From: a virus
Length of the DNA stretch: 64,000 bases
IMG/VR virus record: IMGVR_UViG_3300032782_000001
Span: 180,404-244,403 of that record
Reading direction: 5' to 3' (one strand)
Shown: in pieces, positions 1-8,019 of the stretch
How positions within the stretch are numbered: the stretch's first letter is position 1
Layout: every line of letters starts with the position of its first letter
The notes under the pieces: model-generated
Databases searched by the model: none
Seen by the model: only the letters and a program-made list of their open reading frames with translations
What the model was told of the DNA's origin: nothing
Position numbers and translations under genes: made by a program

Positions 1-1763
1 TACCCCATAAGGACGGGGACGTCCTTCCTGAGGTTGTCCATATGTCGTTGAGCGTCTTCGATGGTGCCGCCGATGTTGCGCTGAATGGCACCTGCTCCAC
101 CACCATAGATGAATGCAAAGTTGCATCGCTTCCCGCGATTCCGTTCATCTTTGTTAACGTCAGCTTTTCCGAAGAGGGTTCTAGCAGTGATGCTATGAAC
201 GTCTCCGTCTTCGTAAAGGAAGGACTTCGTCCAAATGGGATCACCAGATAGGTTCGTGACTACACGGAGCTCTTCGCCAGCGAAATCGAGCTTGACGAGA
301 ATCCACCCATCACGCGGAACAATGCATGTACGAATCTGCTTGAATAACTCAGGTTTATCTTCATCTGAATCACGGGGAATACCCTGGAAGTTAACACCTG
401 AATACCCGTCTTGAATCTTTCCAGCTTTACATGACATACGGGCGGTATCGGTGCCCATTTGATTGAACGAAGGACGAACATCTCCATATTTATCATGGGA
501 CAAGGAGAGTTTCTCAACATAAGAACCTCGCATCTTGTCGTAATGGCGATATTCCAAAATGAGTTCGAAGATGCTTTCAGGTCGAGGATTACCCTCTTTG
601 GTCTTCACTCCTGATCGTTGAACACTCAGTTTCTCACCATAAGCACGGTGCAAGCTTTTGATCGCTTCATCTTTCAATGAATACTTCTTCTCTTGCGGTT
701 CATCATCGTCGTCGTCATCGTCGTCATCGGCATCTTCGACAACCCAGCCTGTTTCGGCTGAGCCAATCATTTCTGCAGTCGGTTTAAGCTTGAGACCTTC
801 AGGATCTGTAATTAGAGCCCGGGAAAGCTGATCAGGGGAACCAATATTTAGCGTAAGCCATTTCCCCGTCCTACCCGTTTTTCCTTCAATGACTCCGCGA
901 ATGAAGTCTCCCACAGATTCTAGTGAAGCTTTGCATTCGACGGTGAGTTGATGGACACGTTCCACATCTACGTGGACCCTGTTGCGTTCCATCTTACGAA
1001 CAACGTTCGAGAACGTTTTCTCGAGACTATAAATGGGAACATCTCCCGCAGTCAGTCTGTGCTGGAGAACGGGAAGCAATTTGTAAGTGAAAATGCCGTC
1101 AGAACATCCATACTCCAAACCTTCTTTAGGGTGGAGAAGCGCAAAGTTATACTGACGTTTTTCGCGCTTAAGTTGGTCTTTTTTCTCTTGAGTGAAGAGT
1201 TCGTCGATATCGATCATGTCGATACCGAAGTTCGCCTTGGCGAGAGGTTTAAGACCGGCCGGATGGCCTTTCAGTGGACTAATTACTTTTGCCATCAAGA
1301 AAATATCTTCAAATTCTTCTCGTCCCCAATACTCTTTTCCCGTGACTGGATATAAGAACTCAGCGTCAAATTTTACGTTATGATAAATAACACGGCACCC
1401 GTTTACAAGCCGAGTGAGTTCATCCCATGCAGGATCCCAAGGAAGATTCCCGGAGTCTTCCGGTTCGTGAGAAAGCGGGGTATAATATCCATTCTCCCCA
1501 TCAAATGAAATGCAAACACCAGCAATTCGATCTACAGTCCTAATTCCATGACGAGTTTTGATCCCATCTTCAAAATACTCATCAGGATAAATCCGGTTAT
1601 CTACGCCGGTAGTCTCGAGGTCGAGAGCGCAAAGCTTGCGTTGTAAGCAAATATCTACGAGTTTCTGAAGCCGTTCAACGGAGTCTATAAGATGGAATCG
1701 ATATTCAGAAAACCAAGGTCGCACGATGCTAACTCGGTCATCCATCGTTTGTAACGGAAACAT
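1..1763 (-). CDS. Family A (PolI/T7-like) DNA polymerase, 3'-5' exonuclease-proficient; partial, C-terminus lies beyond the window start
   Basis: Manual minus-strand translation gives one uninterrupted frame from ATG at 1763 (or 1745) down to nt 1. It is absent from the ORF track because no stop codon occurs in the window. Exo I motif ALDLETTG, Exo II YHNVKFDAEFL, pol motif A DFAGEELRV and motif B RNRGKRCNFAFIYGGG are present; motif C is expected outside the window. A poly-Asp insert EDADDDDDDDDDEPQEKK lies between the exo and pol domains. Confidence 0.85.
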   Translation of the reverse strand, partial: MFPLQTMDDRVSIVRPWFSEYRFHLIDSVERLQKLVDICLQRKLCALDLETTGVDNRIYPDEYFEDGIKTRHGIRTVDRIAGVCISFDGENGYYTPLSHEPEDSGNLPWDPAWDELTRLVNGCRVIYHNVKFDAEFLYPVTGKEYWGREEFEDIFLMAKVISPLKGHPAGLKPLAKANFGIDMIDIDELFTQEKKDQLKREKRQYNFALLHPKEGLEYGCSDGIFTYKLLPVLQHRLTAGDVPIYSLEKTFSNVVRKMERNRVHVDVERVHQLTVECKASLESVGDFIRGVIEGKTGRTGKWLTLNIGSPDQLSRALITDPEGLKLKPTAEMIGSAETGWVVEDADDDDDDDDDEPQEKKYSLKDEAIKSLHRAYGEKLSVQRSGVKTKEGNPRPESIFELILEYRHYDKMRGSYVEKLSLSHDKYGDVRPSFNQMGTDTARMSCKAGKIQDGYSGVNFQGIPRDSDEDKPELFKQIRTCIVPRDGWILVKLDFAGEELRVVTNLSGDPIWTKSFLYEDGDVHSITARTLFGKADVNKDERNRGKRCNFAFIYGGGAGAIQRNIGGTIEDAQRHMDNLRKDVPVLMG

Positions 1764-1825
1764 TGATTGACTGTACACCCTTCACTAGTTTCCGGGACAC
1801 TCAGCGCACGGATGTAATTTGATTT
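1764..1825. promoter_or_regulatory. 62-bp divergent intergenic region between the polymerase and dnaJ starts; presumed divergent promoters
   Basis: Back-to-back ATGs at 1763 (-) and 1826 (+). TTGACT at 1767-1772 is a perfect -35 hexamer, but I could not find a convincing -10. Confidence 0.35.
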
Positions 1826-3010
1826 ATGCCTTCTAAGAGTTTCTATGATGTGCTTGGAGTGAACCAAGACGCTTCTGAAGAGGACATCAAGAAAGCTTAC
1901 AGGAAGCTGGTACTGGAATTTCATCCGGATAAGAATCCAGGAAGCTCGAGTGCAGAAGCTCGCTTCAAAGAAGCTACGCAAGCTTATCAAGTTTTGATCG
2001 ATCCCAAGAAGCGATCAGCATATAATCTTTCCCAAGTACCTGGCATGGAAGGATTTAGGGGATTCGAAGGCTCATTCAATGGAGTGGATCTTGGAGGGCC
2101 GCTAGGTGATATGCTTCAAGATCTATTTAGTCATATGGATGGGGTTGGATTCCGATCCAAGCCCAGGAATCCCGGATTCCGCAATAACCCGCGCGAAAGA
2201 GATCAACATTCGCGACCAGGAGAAGATGTTGAGACAGAAGTATTTTTGACACTAGAAGAAGCTGCATTGGGATGCCGGAAGCGCATTCTCGTTAAATCTT
2301 CCGATGCTCCTATCGTGTGTACTACTTGTCGTGGAAACGGAAGCAGGCCAGGGACCCCTAGAGGTCCGTGCAGTGCATGCGCTGGGAAGGGAAAAAGAGT
2401 CGGCTTCACAGGGAAGTCATATTCTTCTTGTCCTGCATGTAAAGGAAGTGGGACCCAGCCAGTAGTCGCTTGCATTGCGTGTAAGGGCAAAGGTTTCATC
2501 AATATAGATAGGGAAATTGACGTAAAAATCCCGGCAGGTGTGGAGTCCGGTCATAGACTTAGACTGGCTGGACTTGGCTCTCCTGGAATTAGATCAGTAC
2601 CAGGAGACTTATTCGTAGAAGTCCAAGTCGCTCCCCATCCAATTTTCCAACGTAAAGGGAAAGACCTTTTCACCACTGCTTCAGTGCCTCTCATTGGTGT
2701 AGTTCGGGGGACTCAGATCCCCGTAGAAGTAGTAGGTGACGGTCCTATTCTTGTGCGAATTCCGCCAGGTACCCAACCTGGAGAAACCATCGTAGTCAAA
2801 GAAGCAGGTCTGATTGGAATTCTCGATAGATCACGTGGAGACTTGCATGTGACTGTGAAGGTTCATATCCCTCGCGAAATGTCAGAGAGAGCCCACAAGC
2901 TACTAGATGAACTCGCAGAAGAATTTGCAAGGACCGGGAATCGTCAGGAGCAAATCGAAGGGAATATCGCCGACGAAGTCTACGACGCATTCAAAATTAC
3001 CCGGCCGTAA
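1826..3010 (+). CDS. dnaJ: DnaJ/Hsp40 type I co-chaperone (J domain, G/F-rich linker, four CxxCxGxG zinc-finger repeats, C-terminal substrate-binding domains)
   Basis: N-terminus is YDVLGV...AYRKLVLEFHPDKNP with the HPD motif. CTTCRGNG, CSACAGKG, CPACKGSG and CIACKGKG repeats are present, followed by canonical CTD I/II. Confidence 0.9.
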   Translation: MPSKSFYDVLGVNQDASEEDIKKAYRKLVLEFHPDKNPGSSSAEARFKEATQAYQVLIDPKKRSAYNLSQVPGMEGFRGFEGSFNGVDLGGPLGDMLQDLFSHMDGVGFRSKPRNPGFRNNPRERDQHSRPGEDVETEVFLTLEEAALGCRKRILVKSSDAPIVCTTCRGNGSRPGTPRGPCSACAGKGKRVGFTGKSYSSCPACKGSGTQPVVACIACKGKGFINIDREIDVKIPAGVESGHRLRLAGLGSPGIRSVPGDLFVEVQVAPHPIFQRKGKDLFTTASVPLIGVVRGTQIPVEVVGDGPILVRIPPGTQPGETIVVKEAGLIGILDRSRGDLHVTVKVHIPREMSERAHKLLDELAEEFARTGNRQEQIEGNIADEVYDAFKITRP

Positions 3011-3449
3011 CAATCAGAACTTGGAATCCCTGTCTCCAAGCGTGAACGATACATCTAGCCAATTCCGCACCAACCGGATTGGTTGTGGAGTATTCCCAGC
3101 ATTCAGGAAATAACCCGCCTTTTTGTTCACAATTTCGAGTGGTGCATTTAGATAAGTTTGCCATAACGCAGCAACCGATCTGTGAACAGATCGGTTTGTC
3201 AATTTTCATCATTGCTCCGAACGGAGGAGTCTTCAGAGCTTTTTCCAATCCTTTTGTATGCCCCAGTTTTGCCTCTTCCAATGTTGAATGACAAACTCTA
3301 GTACATTTATCTAGGATCCCTGATATGGATTCTTTAGCCGCAGCATCATGCAGTGCTTCTACAGATCCCTCGTCGAGCTCCGCGAAGTGCATTTTTTCTC
3401 CCGTACCCAATACGAGAGAGTAATCTACAGACTGAATAGAGGGTGTCAT
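2997..3449 (-). CDS. Hypothetical Cys/His-rich small protein, possibly zinc-binding
   Basis: 150-aa ORF fills the gap between dnaJ and the zinc-finger gene and has many Cys/His, but no recognised family. It overlaps the dnaJ 3' end by 14 nt on the opposite strand. Confidence 0.4.
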   Translation of the reverse strand: MTPSIQSVDYSLVLGTGEKMHFAELDEGSVEALHDAAAKESISGILDKCTRVCHSTLEEAKLGHTKGLEKALKTPPFGAMMKIDKPICSQIGCCVMANLSKCTTRNCEQKGGLFPECWEYSTTNPVGAELARCIVHAWRQGFQVLIVTAG

Positions 3450-4069
3450 GGGAGCAATTCGTCACCAACAGAATTCATGGCTTCACGGAGCTTTTTGAGA
3501 ACCTTAACCATTTCCGGATTTTGTTTACCACTGGCTTTATCTAGATCGTATTGAACCACGTCCAATACTCTGCAGAATTTCACAAAATCGGACAACGGAA
3601 CCTTGTCCCTAACTCTGGTCAATTTTGACTCCAGTAATGTTAAAGTTCGTGGGACATCTTCCCATTTGTCAGAAATGTAGTTAGCGCCTCGATCGACTGG
3701 CTCTGTGAATTCAGGAGCCTCGGGCCTACGAGGAACTCTAATCCTGAATCTGCGCTCGAGTTCCACGAGCGCATCCATGAATTTGAGTCCTTTGAATTTA
3801 GCATAGAAATTGATGCAGTCCCAGTTCTCTTTGCATTTGAAGCAACGAACAATGTCGTAGCTTCGTCCAGAACCAGCAGGGTAGAAGCGAGCAGATGGTT
3901 TATTGTCCGGCCCGTGGAACGGACATGAAATTTGCATCGGAGTGGACTTGTCAGGGACTTCTTGAATTCCACGTTCCATGAGAACATCGAATGTGGAATA
4001 AACATCTCTAACAGCGGCAACGCGTCTAGCCACCCATTCCTGAACAACAGTTTTACTTTCGTCCGCCAT
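3446..4069 (-). CDS. DnaG-type CHC2 zinc-finger protein; primase zinc-binding domain encoded as a stand-alone gene
   Basis: CPFHGPDNKPSARFYP...RCFKC matches the bacterial/phage primase CHC2 finger (CPFHxExTPSF...CFGC). No TOPRIM catalytic motifs are recognisable in this ORF. Confidence 0.7.
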   Translation of the reverse strand: MADESKTVVQEWVARRVAAVRDVYSTFDVLMERGIQEVPDKSTPMQISCPFHGPDNKPSARFYPAGSGRSYDIVRCFKCKENWDCINFYAKFKGLKFMDALVELERRFRIRVPRRPEAPEFTEPVDRGANYISDKWEDVPRTLTLLESKLTRVRDKVPLSDFVKFCRVLDVVQYDLDKASGKQNPEMVKVLKKLREAMNSVGDELLP

Positions 4070-4726
4070 TCATGCTTCCATTATCGTTTTTACATGAGCT
4101 TCTTTCCACATACGGATGATATCTTCTTCTTCTAGATGATTTACAAGGACTGAAAAGGCCTTCCGGACTTCTTGGACCGCGTCCTCTGCATCTAGACCCA
4201 TAGCTTTTTCAAAGCTAATCTTGCAAAGTCTCGTAGCTTCAACAATGCAAGGAGGAACACCAAGGAAGGCTTCCGCACCTTTTTCTTCTGCAAGTTTATC
4301 CAAACGTTCATACATCTTTCGGAACCAATTATCACGAGGTTTGCCTTTGGTAGGAAACTTCGGATTGACCGCACAAAGCGCAATGCCAGCTACGATAGCG
4401 GAGGTTGCTTTGCGCATATTCCTAGTCTTCATGACGATATGTAAGACAGGAGTGCTCTTTTCTTCCGGTTCAGCATGGAAGAAAATGTGACATCCATCAG
4501 CCAGCTTCTTGAAACGAATCATCAGAAGAGCCTTGCTGATGCCGTCGACTTTTTTGTGGAGAACGACGCTAGGTATTTTGTCGTTGTTGTAATGAGCTGC
4601 AGAATAACTAGGAACTTCCATTTTCAGCATCCAAGCGCTGATCGAGACTTCTGGAAGAATGATCCTAGTCTTTTGAACTTGATCCATCAGGATGACATTA
4701 CAGTGTCGACAATGCCAGTCGGGCAA
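4070..4726 (-). CDS. Hypothetical protein in the replication module
   Basis: 218-aa ORF immediately upstream of the zinc-finger gene. Its stop is adjacent to the zinc-finger gene start at 4069 (no gap), which suggests coupling. No family recognised. Confidence 0.5.
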   Translation of the reverse strand: MPDWHCRHCNVILMDQVQKTRIILPEVSISAWMLKMEVPSYSAAHYNNDKIPSVVLHKKVDGISKALLMIRFKKLADGCHIFFHAEPEEKSTPVLHIVMKTRNMRKATSAIVAGIALCAVNPKFPTKGKPRDNWFRKMYERLDKLAEEKGAEAFLGVPPCIVEATRLCKISFEKAMGLDAEDAVQEVRKAFSVLVNHLEEEDIIRMWKEAHVKTIMEA

Positions 4727-5028
4727 GAGTCGTCAGGATGTCCTGACGACTCCGGAAACAATTGAAGACAATCGCGGCAGTATTTTATCACTAATTGTGA
4801 TTCTACTGTCCTGATTGTTCCTGGCTGGATGACTCTTATCGTCAGAGTCATCCCTTCCAGATTCAAGTATATTACCGAGGGTACAGCAGTAATTTTATCT
4901 GTTGCTACCATAACTTGAGAATAAATTCTATGGTGTTCTCTTTCCCAGTTCAAATCGAAATTAGCATATCCAGGGACATCTTTCCCTCGAATGCGGAAAC
5001 TACCAGACCAACGTCCGTCGGTGATCAA
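4687..5028 (-). CDS. Possible small hypothetical protein
   Basis: 113-aa ORF occupies the 348-bp gap between the helicase stop and the 218-aa gene. It overlaps the latter by 40 nt; the start is uncertain. Confidence 0.3.
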   Translation of the reverse strand: MITDGRWSGSFRIRGKDVPGYANFDLNWEREHHRIYSQVMVATDKITAVPSVIYLNLEGMTLTIRVIQPGTIRTVESQLVIKYCRDCLQLFPESSGHPDDSCPTGIVDTVMSS

Positions 5029-5074
5029 GAATCCATTACCTTTTCTACGATTCCATCATGATCGGAACTGGAAT

Positions 5075-6604
5075 TCATGACGCAGCAGCCAACATCATGT
5101 CATCAATGCCAAGGGACATCGACTGCGCAGCCTTTACCAAGAGACGATCATTGTCGTAATCAATAAGTCCAGTCTCCATGGCTCGCATTCTTTTGGACTG
5201 CCAGATGATTTTCCCTACCATGCGGTCAAAGACCGGACCTCCACGATTCTTCAGATTTCCGAGGTAGAACTTACCCTCTTTTCGGAGTTGATCGTTCAGA
5301 TATGTGTAGGTGATGACGTCCGCAGCTTTCTCAATCTCATTTGCATATGCAATGGCCGCGTAGTCATACCTGCCGTCCGCTTTATCTGCTCGCAATTTCC
5401 CTTGCCGGTTGAGTTGGAAGAGCGCGAGGAGGGGGACGCCACGGCCGCGCGCAAAATTGCTGCAGAGCATTTGGCCCTCACGAACGACATTATTCACACT
5501 GACCACATAATCATTCGTCCTGTACTTCGGCTTTACGAGCGCAAGATAATCTACGACGAGTCCATCGCATCCATATTTCGCATGGAACATTTCGGCTTTG
5601 CGTCGAATGTCTTCGGATGACACAGCTTCAGGAGGATGCCAGATATACGGTTTGCCTTTACAATTTGCTTTGAAATCTTGAGCAATGATCTTCAATCGTT
5701 TCTTGTCTTCCGGAGAAAGTTCACCATCTCGGACCTTCCCAAAATCAAGACCGGTATAACACTGTTCAGGAGGTTTACCCGCTTTCCTGTCCTGTTCATA
5801 CCAATCCGTCACGAATTTTCCATTGGAAGAATGAATGACATAGATTTGATTGCGGAGATTCTTATATTTCATCTCCAAGATTGCATAGAAAATATTCTTG
5901 CCGTATAGATAACAATTGTTGTAAAGATAGTTCAGAGCAAGAGTGGTCTTGAGTTCTCCGCTGAATGCACAATGGATCCAATATTCACCCTGCCTATGTC
6001 CTTTACAAACTGAGTCCACTGGCTCGAGGCCGAATAACAACCGCCCTGCATATTGATTCGACTTCTCTTGAGCCTCATATTCATCGACTACTTCATCGGC
6101 ATCATCAGAGACTACTCCTTCGAGCTTCTCCCCGACCTCAATATGATAAATATGAGCCATCTTCTCATAGAGAAACGTGATGGCATCAGTGACTCCACGC
6201 ATGACCTTCTTGCCGTTAATGGGCTTCTCTAGATTCCTACCATGTTCGGCAATTGCAGAAGCATCTCTGCAAGCTAATGAGAAAGCTTTGATCTGCTGTT
6301 GTTCTTGCTCAGACTTGACAATAGCAAGATAATTTGTCCTGATGTAAGGCTGGGCCTTCCGGACTTCCTCTAGTCTATCGCAGACTTCAACGTCGTCCAA
6401 TTTCTCAAAGTATTCTTTAACCAGAGAGAAATCCGGCGGAGCGGACATCTGATCGTAGAATGTCTTGAGATAACCGACGATCTTTTTATCTTCTTCCGAT
6501 CGGAAGTCAAGGTTGTACTCTTGGAACCTATTCCAGTTATGGAAACAGTCTTCCCCTTCAGGAATATTGCCGACCTGGATTACGCTCCTTAAGATGCGTT
6601 CCAC
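5075..6604 (-). CDS. DnaB-family replicative helicase-like protein with a non-canonical P-loop
   Basis: C-terminal RecA-fold motifs match DnaB: FSGELKTTLALNYL (Walker A position), YAILEMK (H1a/SLEM), VVDYLALVKP (Walker B/IDYLQLM), ALFQLNRQGK (H4/SQLNR). The Walker A reads SGELKTT rather than GxGKT. Confidence 0.75.
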   Translation of the reverse strand: MERILRSVIQVGNIPEGEDCFHNWNRFQEYNLDFRSEEDKKIVGYLKTFYDQMSAPPDFSLVKEYFEKLDDVEVCDRLEEVRKAQPYIRTNYLAIVKSEQEQQQIKAFSLACRDASAIAEHGRNLEKPINGKKVMRGVTDAITFLYEKMAHIYHIEVGEKLEGVVSDDADEVVDEYEAQEKSNQYAGRLLFGLEPVDSVCKGHRQGEYWIHCAFSGELKTTLALNYLYNNCYLYGKNIFYAILEMKYKNLRNQIYVIHSSNGKFVTDWYEQDRKAGKPPEQCYTGLDFGKVRDGELSPEDKKRLKIIAQDFKANCKGKPYIWHPPEAVSSEDIRRKAEMFHAKYGCDGLVVDYLALVKPKYRTNDYVVSVNNVVREGQMLCSNFARGRGVPLLALFQLNRQGKLRADKADGRYDYAAIAYANEIEKAADVITYTYLNDQLRKEGKFYLGNLKNRGGPVFDRMVGKIIWQSKRMRAMETGLIDYDNDRLLVKAAQSMSLGIDDMMLAAAS

Positions 6605-7434
6605 TAGTGACTCCTCCTGAATTGTTTCTTCGGGCCAAGACCTGTTCCATATTCAGGCAATAAATCTCCTTCATCAGGTGCTGACTGAATTTTCGGGCGT
6701 GGTTTCTTTTCAGAATCACGAGCAGGTTCGCTTTGCACGAGCCTATTTTGAACCTTTGGACCGTTATCAGTCGTCGTCTGATGCGGTAATGGATCCGGAT
6801 TCAATGAACTGTCGAGAGTCATTCTAGGAAGAATTCTCGGAATTCGAACTGTTGGCATAGTCGACTTAATGTAATACATTAGTGATTCGGAGTAAGCTTT
6901 GCTGCTCTCCACGAAAGGCTTGTCTAGATCTGAAAACAACCATGTTGGTTTTTCTTGATCGATCCTATAACAAACAGCCTCTTCTAGAACTTCCGCTGCA
7001 GCTTTGTTCTTATATCCAATTTTATTCAACCAAATGATGGCCAGATCGGGAGGTTCCATCAGTTCTTGAAGACTGTTATAAATATCTCCAACCCGTTCAA
7101 TGACGTCCGATCCTTTTACTTGCCGAGCTTTTTTTCCCAGGTAGACGTCAAGAATTTCACTATCTGTAATGAGTTTAATGAATTTGGAGCGACTCGCGAT
7201 CATGGCTAGTTTAATGATAGCCCACATATCTGGAGCAGCCGCCAAAATGAACATGGACTTACTAACAGATCGGACTGGTATCTGTTTTACATGTTCATCT
7301 AGAACCTTCGCCATGACGATTTGAGCCGGCATGTCGCTTTTCCGTCTACGAAGGTAAGCACATTCACATTCAATGATACGTCCGTCTTTATCGACGTACC
7401 CGATCCCACCGCACATGCAAATTTGTGGGTCCAC
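6604..7434 (-). CDS. Hypothetical protein with N-terminal CxC...CxC zinc ribbon; candidate primase/helicase-loader partner
   Basis: N-terminus MDPQICMCGGIGYVDKDGRIIECEC. Positioned directly upstream of, and overlapping by 1 nt with, the DnaB-like gene. Confidence 0.5.
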   Translation of the reverse strand: MDPQICMCGGIGYVDKDGRIIECECAYLRRRKSDMPAQIVMAKVLDEHVKQIPVRSVSKSMFILAAAPDMWAIIKLAMIASRSKFIKLITDSEILDVYLGKKARQVKGSDVIERVGDIYNSLQELMEPPDLAIIWLNKIGYKNKAAAEVLEEAVCYRIDQEKPTWLFSDLDKPFVESSKAYSESLMYYIKSTMPTVRIPRILPRMTLDSSLNPDPLPHQTTTDNGPKVQNRLVQSEPARDSEKKPRPKIQSAPDEGDLLPEYGTGLGPKKQFRRSH

Positions 7435-7443
7435 GATTGCGAT

Positions 7444-8019
7444 TTACACCGGGTTTTTCCGAAGTTCAGCTCGAACTTGCATGATGGCTTCCCCAAGCCA
7501 ATTCTTTCCACGCCAGTGCTTGGGCTGAACAGCACGCGGGTCATCTTTTTGGAGTCCGATCCCCCAAATCTTATCATTCGGACTCGCTTCAACGATGGTG
7601 GCGCTTTCTGTCTCTTCTAAAATCTTTCGGAGGCCTTCATTCTGTGAAAATTTCGCCAAATTCCCTTCGAAGACAATTTGACGACAAACGCTCGTCCATT
7701 GTCGTTCATTAAATCCTCGGACTTGTCTACCGATTCTTTTCTGTTCGGCCGGGTCCTTGGATCGCATGATCAAAGATAAGCTGTGTTTATCGTCGAAAGT
7801 TCGGGCCTTACCGGCCATCATGAATTGTTCTGCACAGTTATATTGGCGTCCTTCAATGACAAAAGGGGAAGGATGCCATTGACTAAACGGCCCACTCCAA
7901 AAAAGAACAAATCCGCTCTCCATCTTCATTCCGTGGAAATCCATCTGGAGACCGTACGCTGAATCAGATATCCGATAGATCGATCGTATGAATAACAATG
8001 GTTTCAGCGTCATCTGCAC
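7444..8019 (-). CDS. NADAR (YbiA/DUF1768) domain protein
   Basis: FWSGPFSQWHPSPFVIEGRQYNCAEQFMMAGKARTFDD and ASPNDKIWGIGL match the conserved NADAR signature. The true start is probably an internal Met (about 7944 or 7923), which removes the 56-nt overlap with the SNF2 gene. Confidence 0.8.
   Translation of the reverse strand: MQMTLKPLLFIRSIYRISDSAYGLQMDFHGMKMESGFVLFWSGPFSQWHPSPFVIEGRQYNCAEQFMMAGKARTFDDKHSLSLIMRSKDPAEQKRIGRQVRGFNERQWTSVCRQIVFEGNLAKFSQNEGLRKILEETESATIVEASPNDKIWGIGLQKDDPRAVQPKHWRGKNWLGEAIMQVRAELRKNPV

Noticed and set aside
948-1355. 135-aa plus-strand ORF (and 1192..1383, 260..520) in the first 1.8 kb
   Set aside because: These lie antisense to, or out of frame with, the continuous minus-strand family A polymerase frame. 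The polymerase has clear catalytic motifs; these ORFs have none.
3060-3100. Small inverted repeat caacc-ggatt-ggttg after the dnaJ stop
   Set aside because: It has a 5-bp stem, no U-tract, and lies inside the convergent 150-aa ORF, so it is not a credible terminator.
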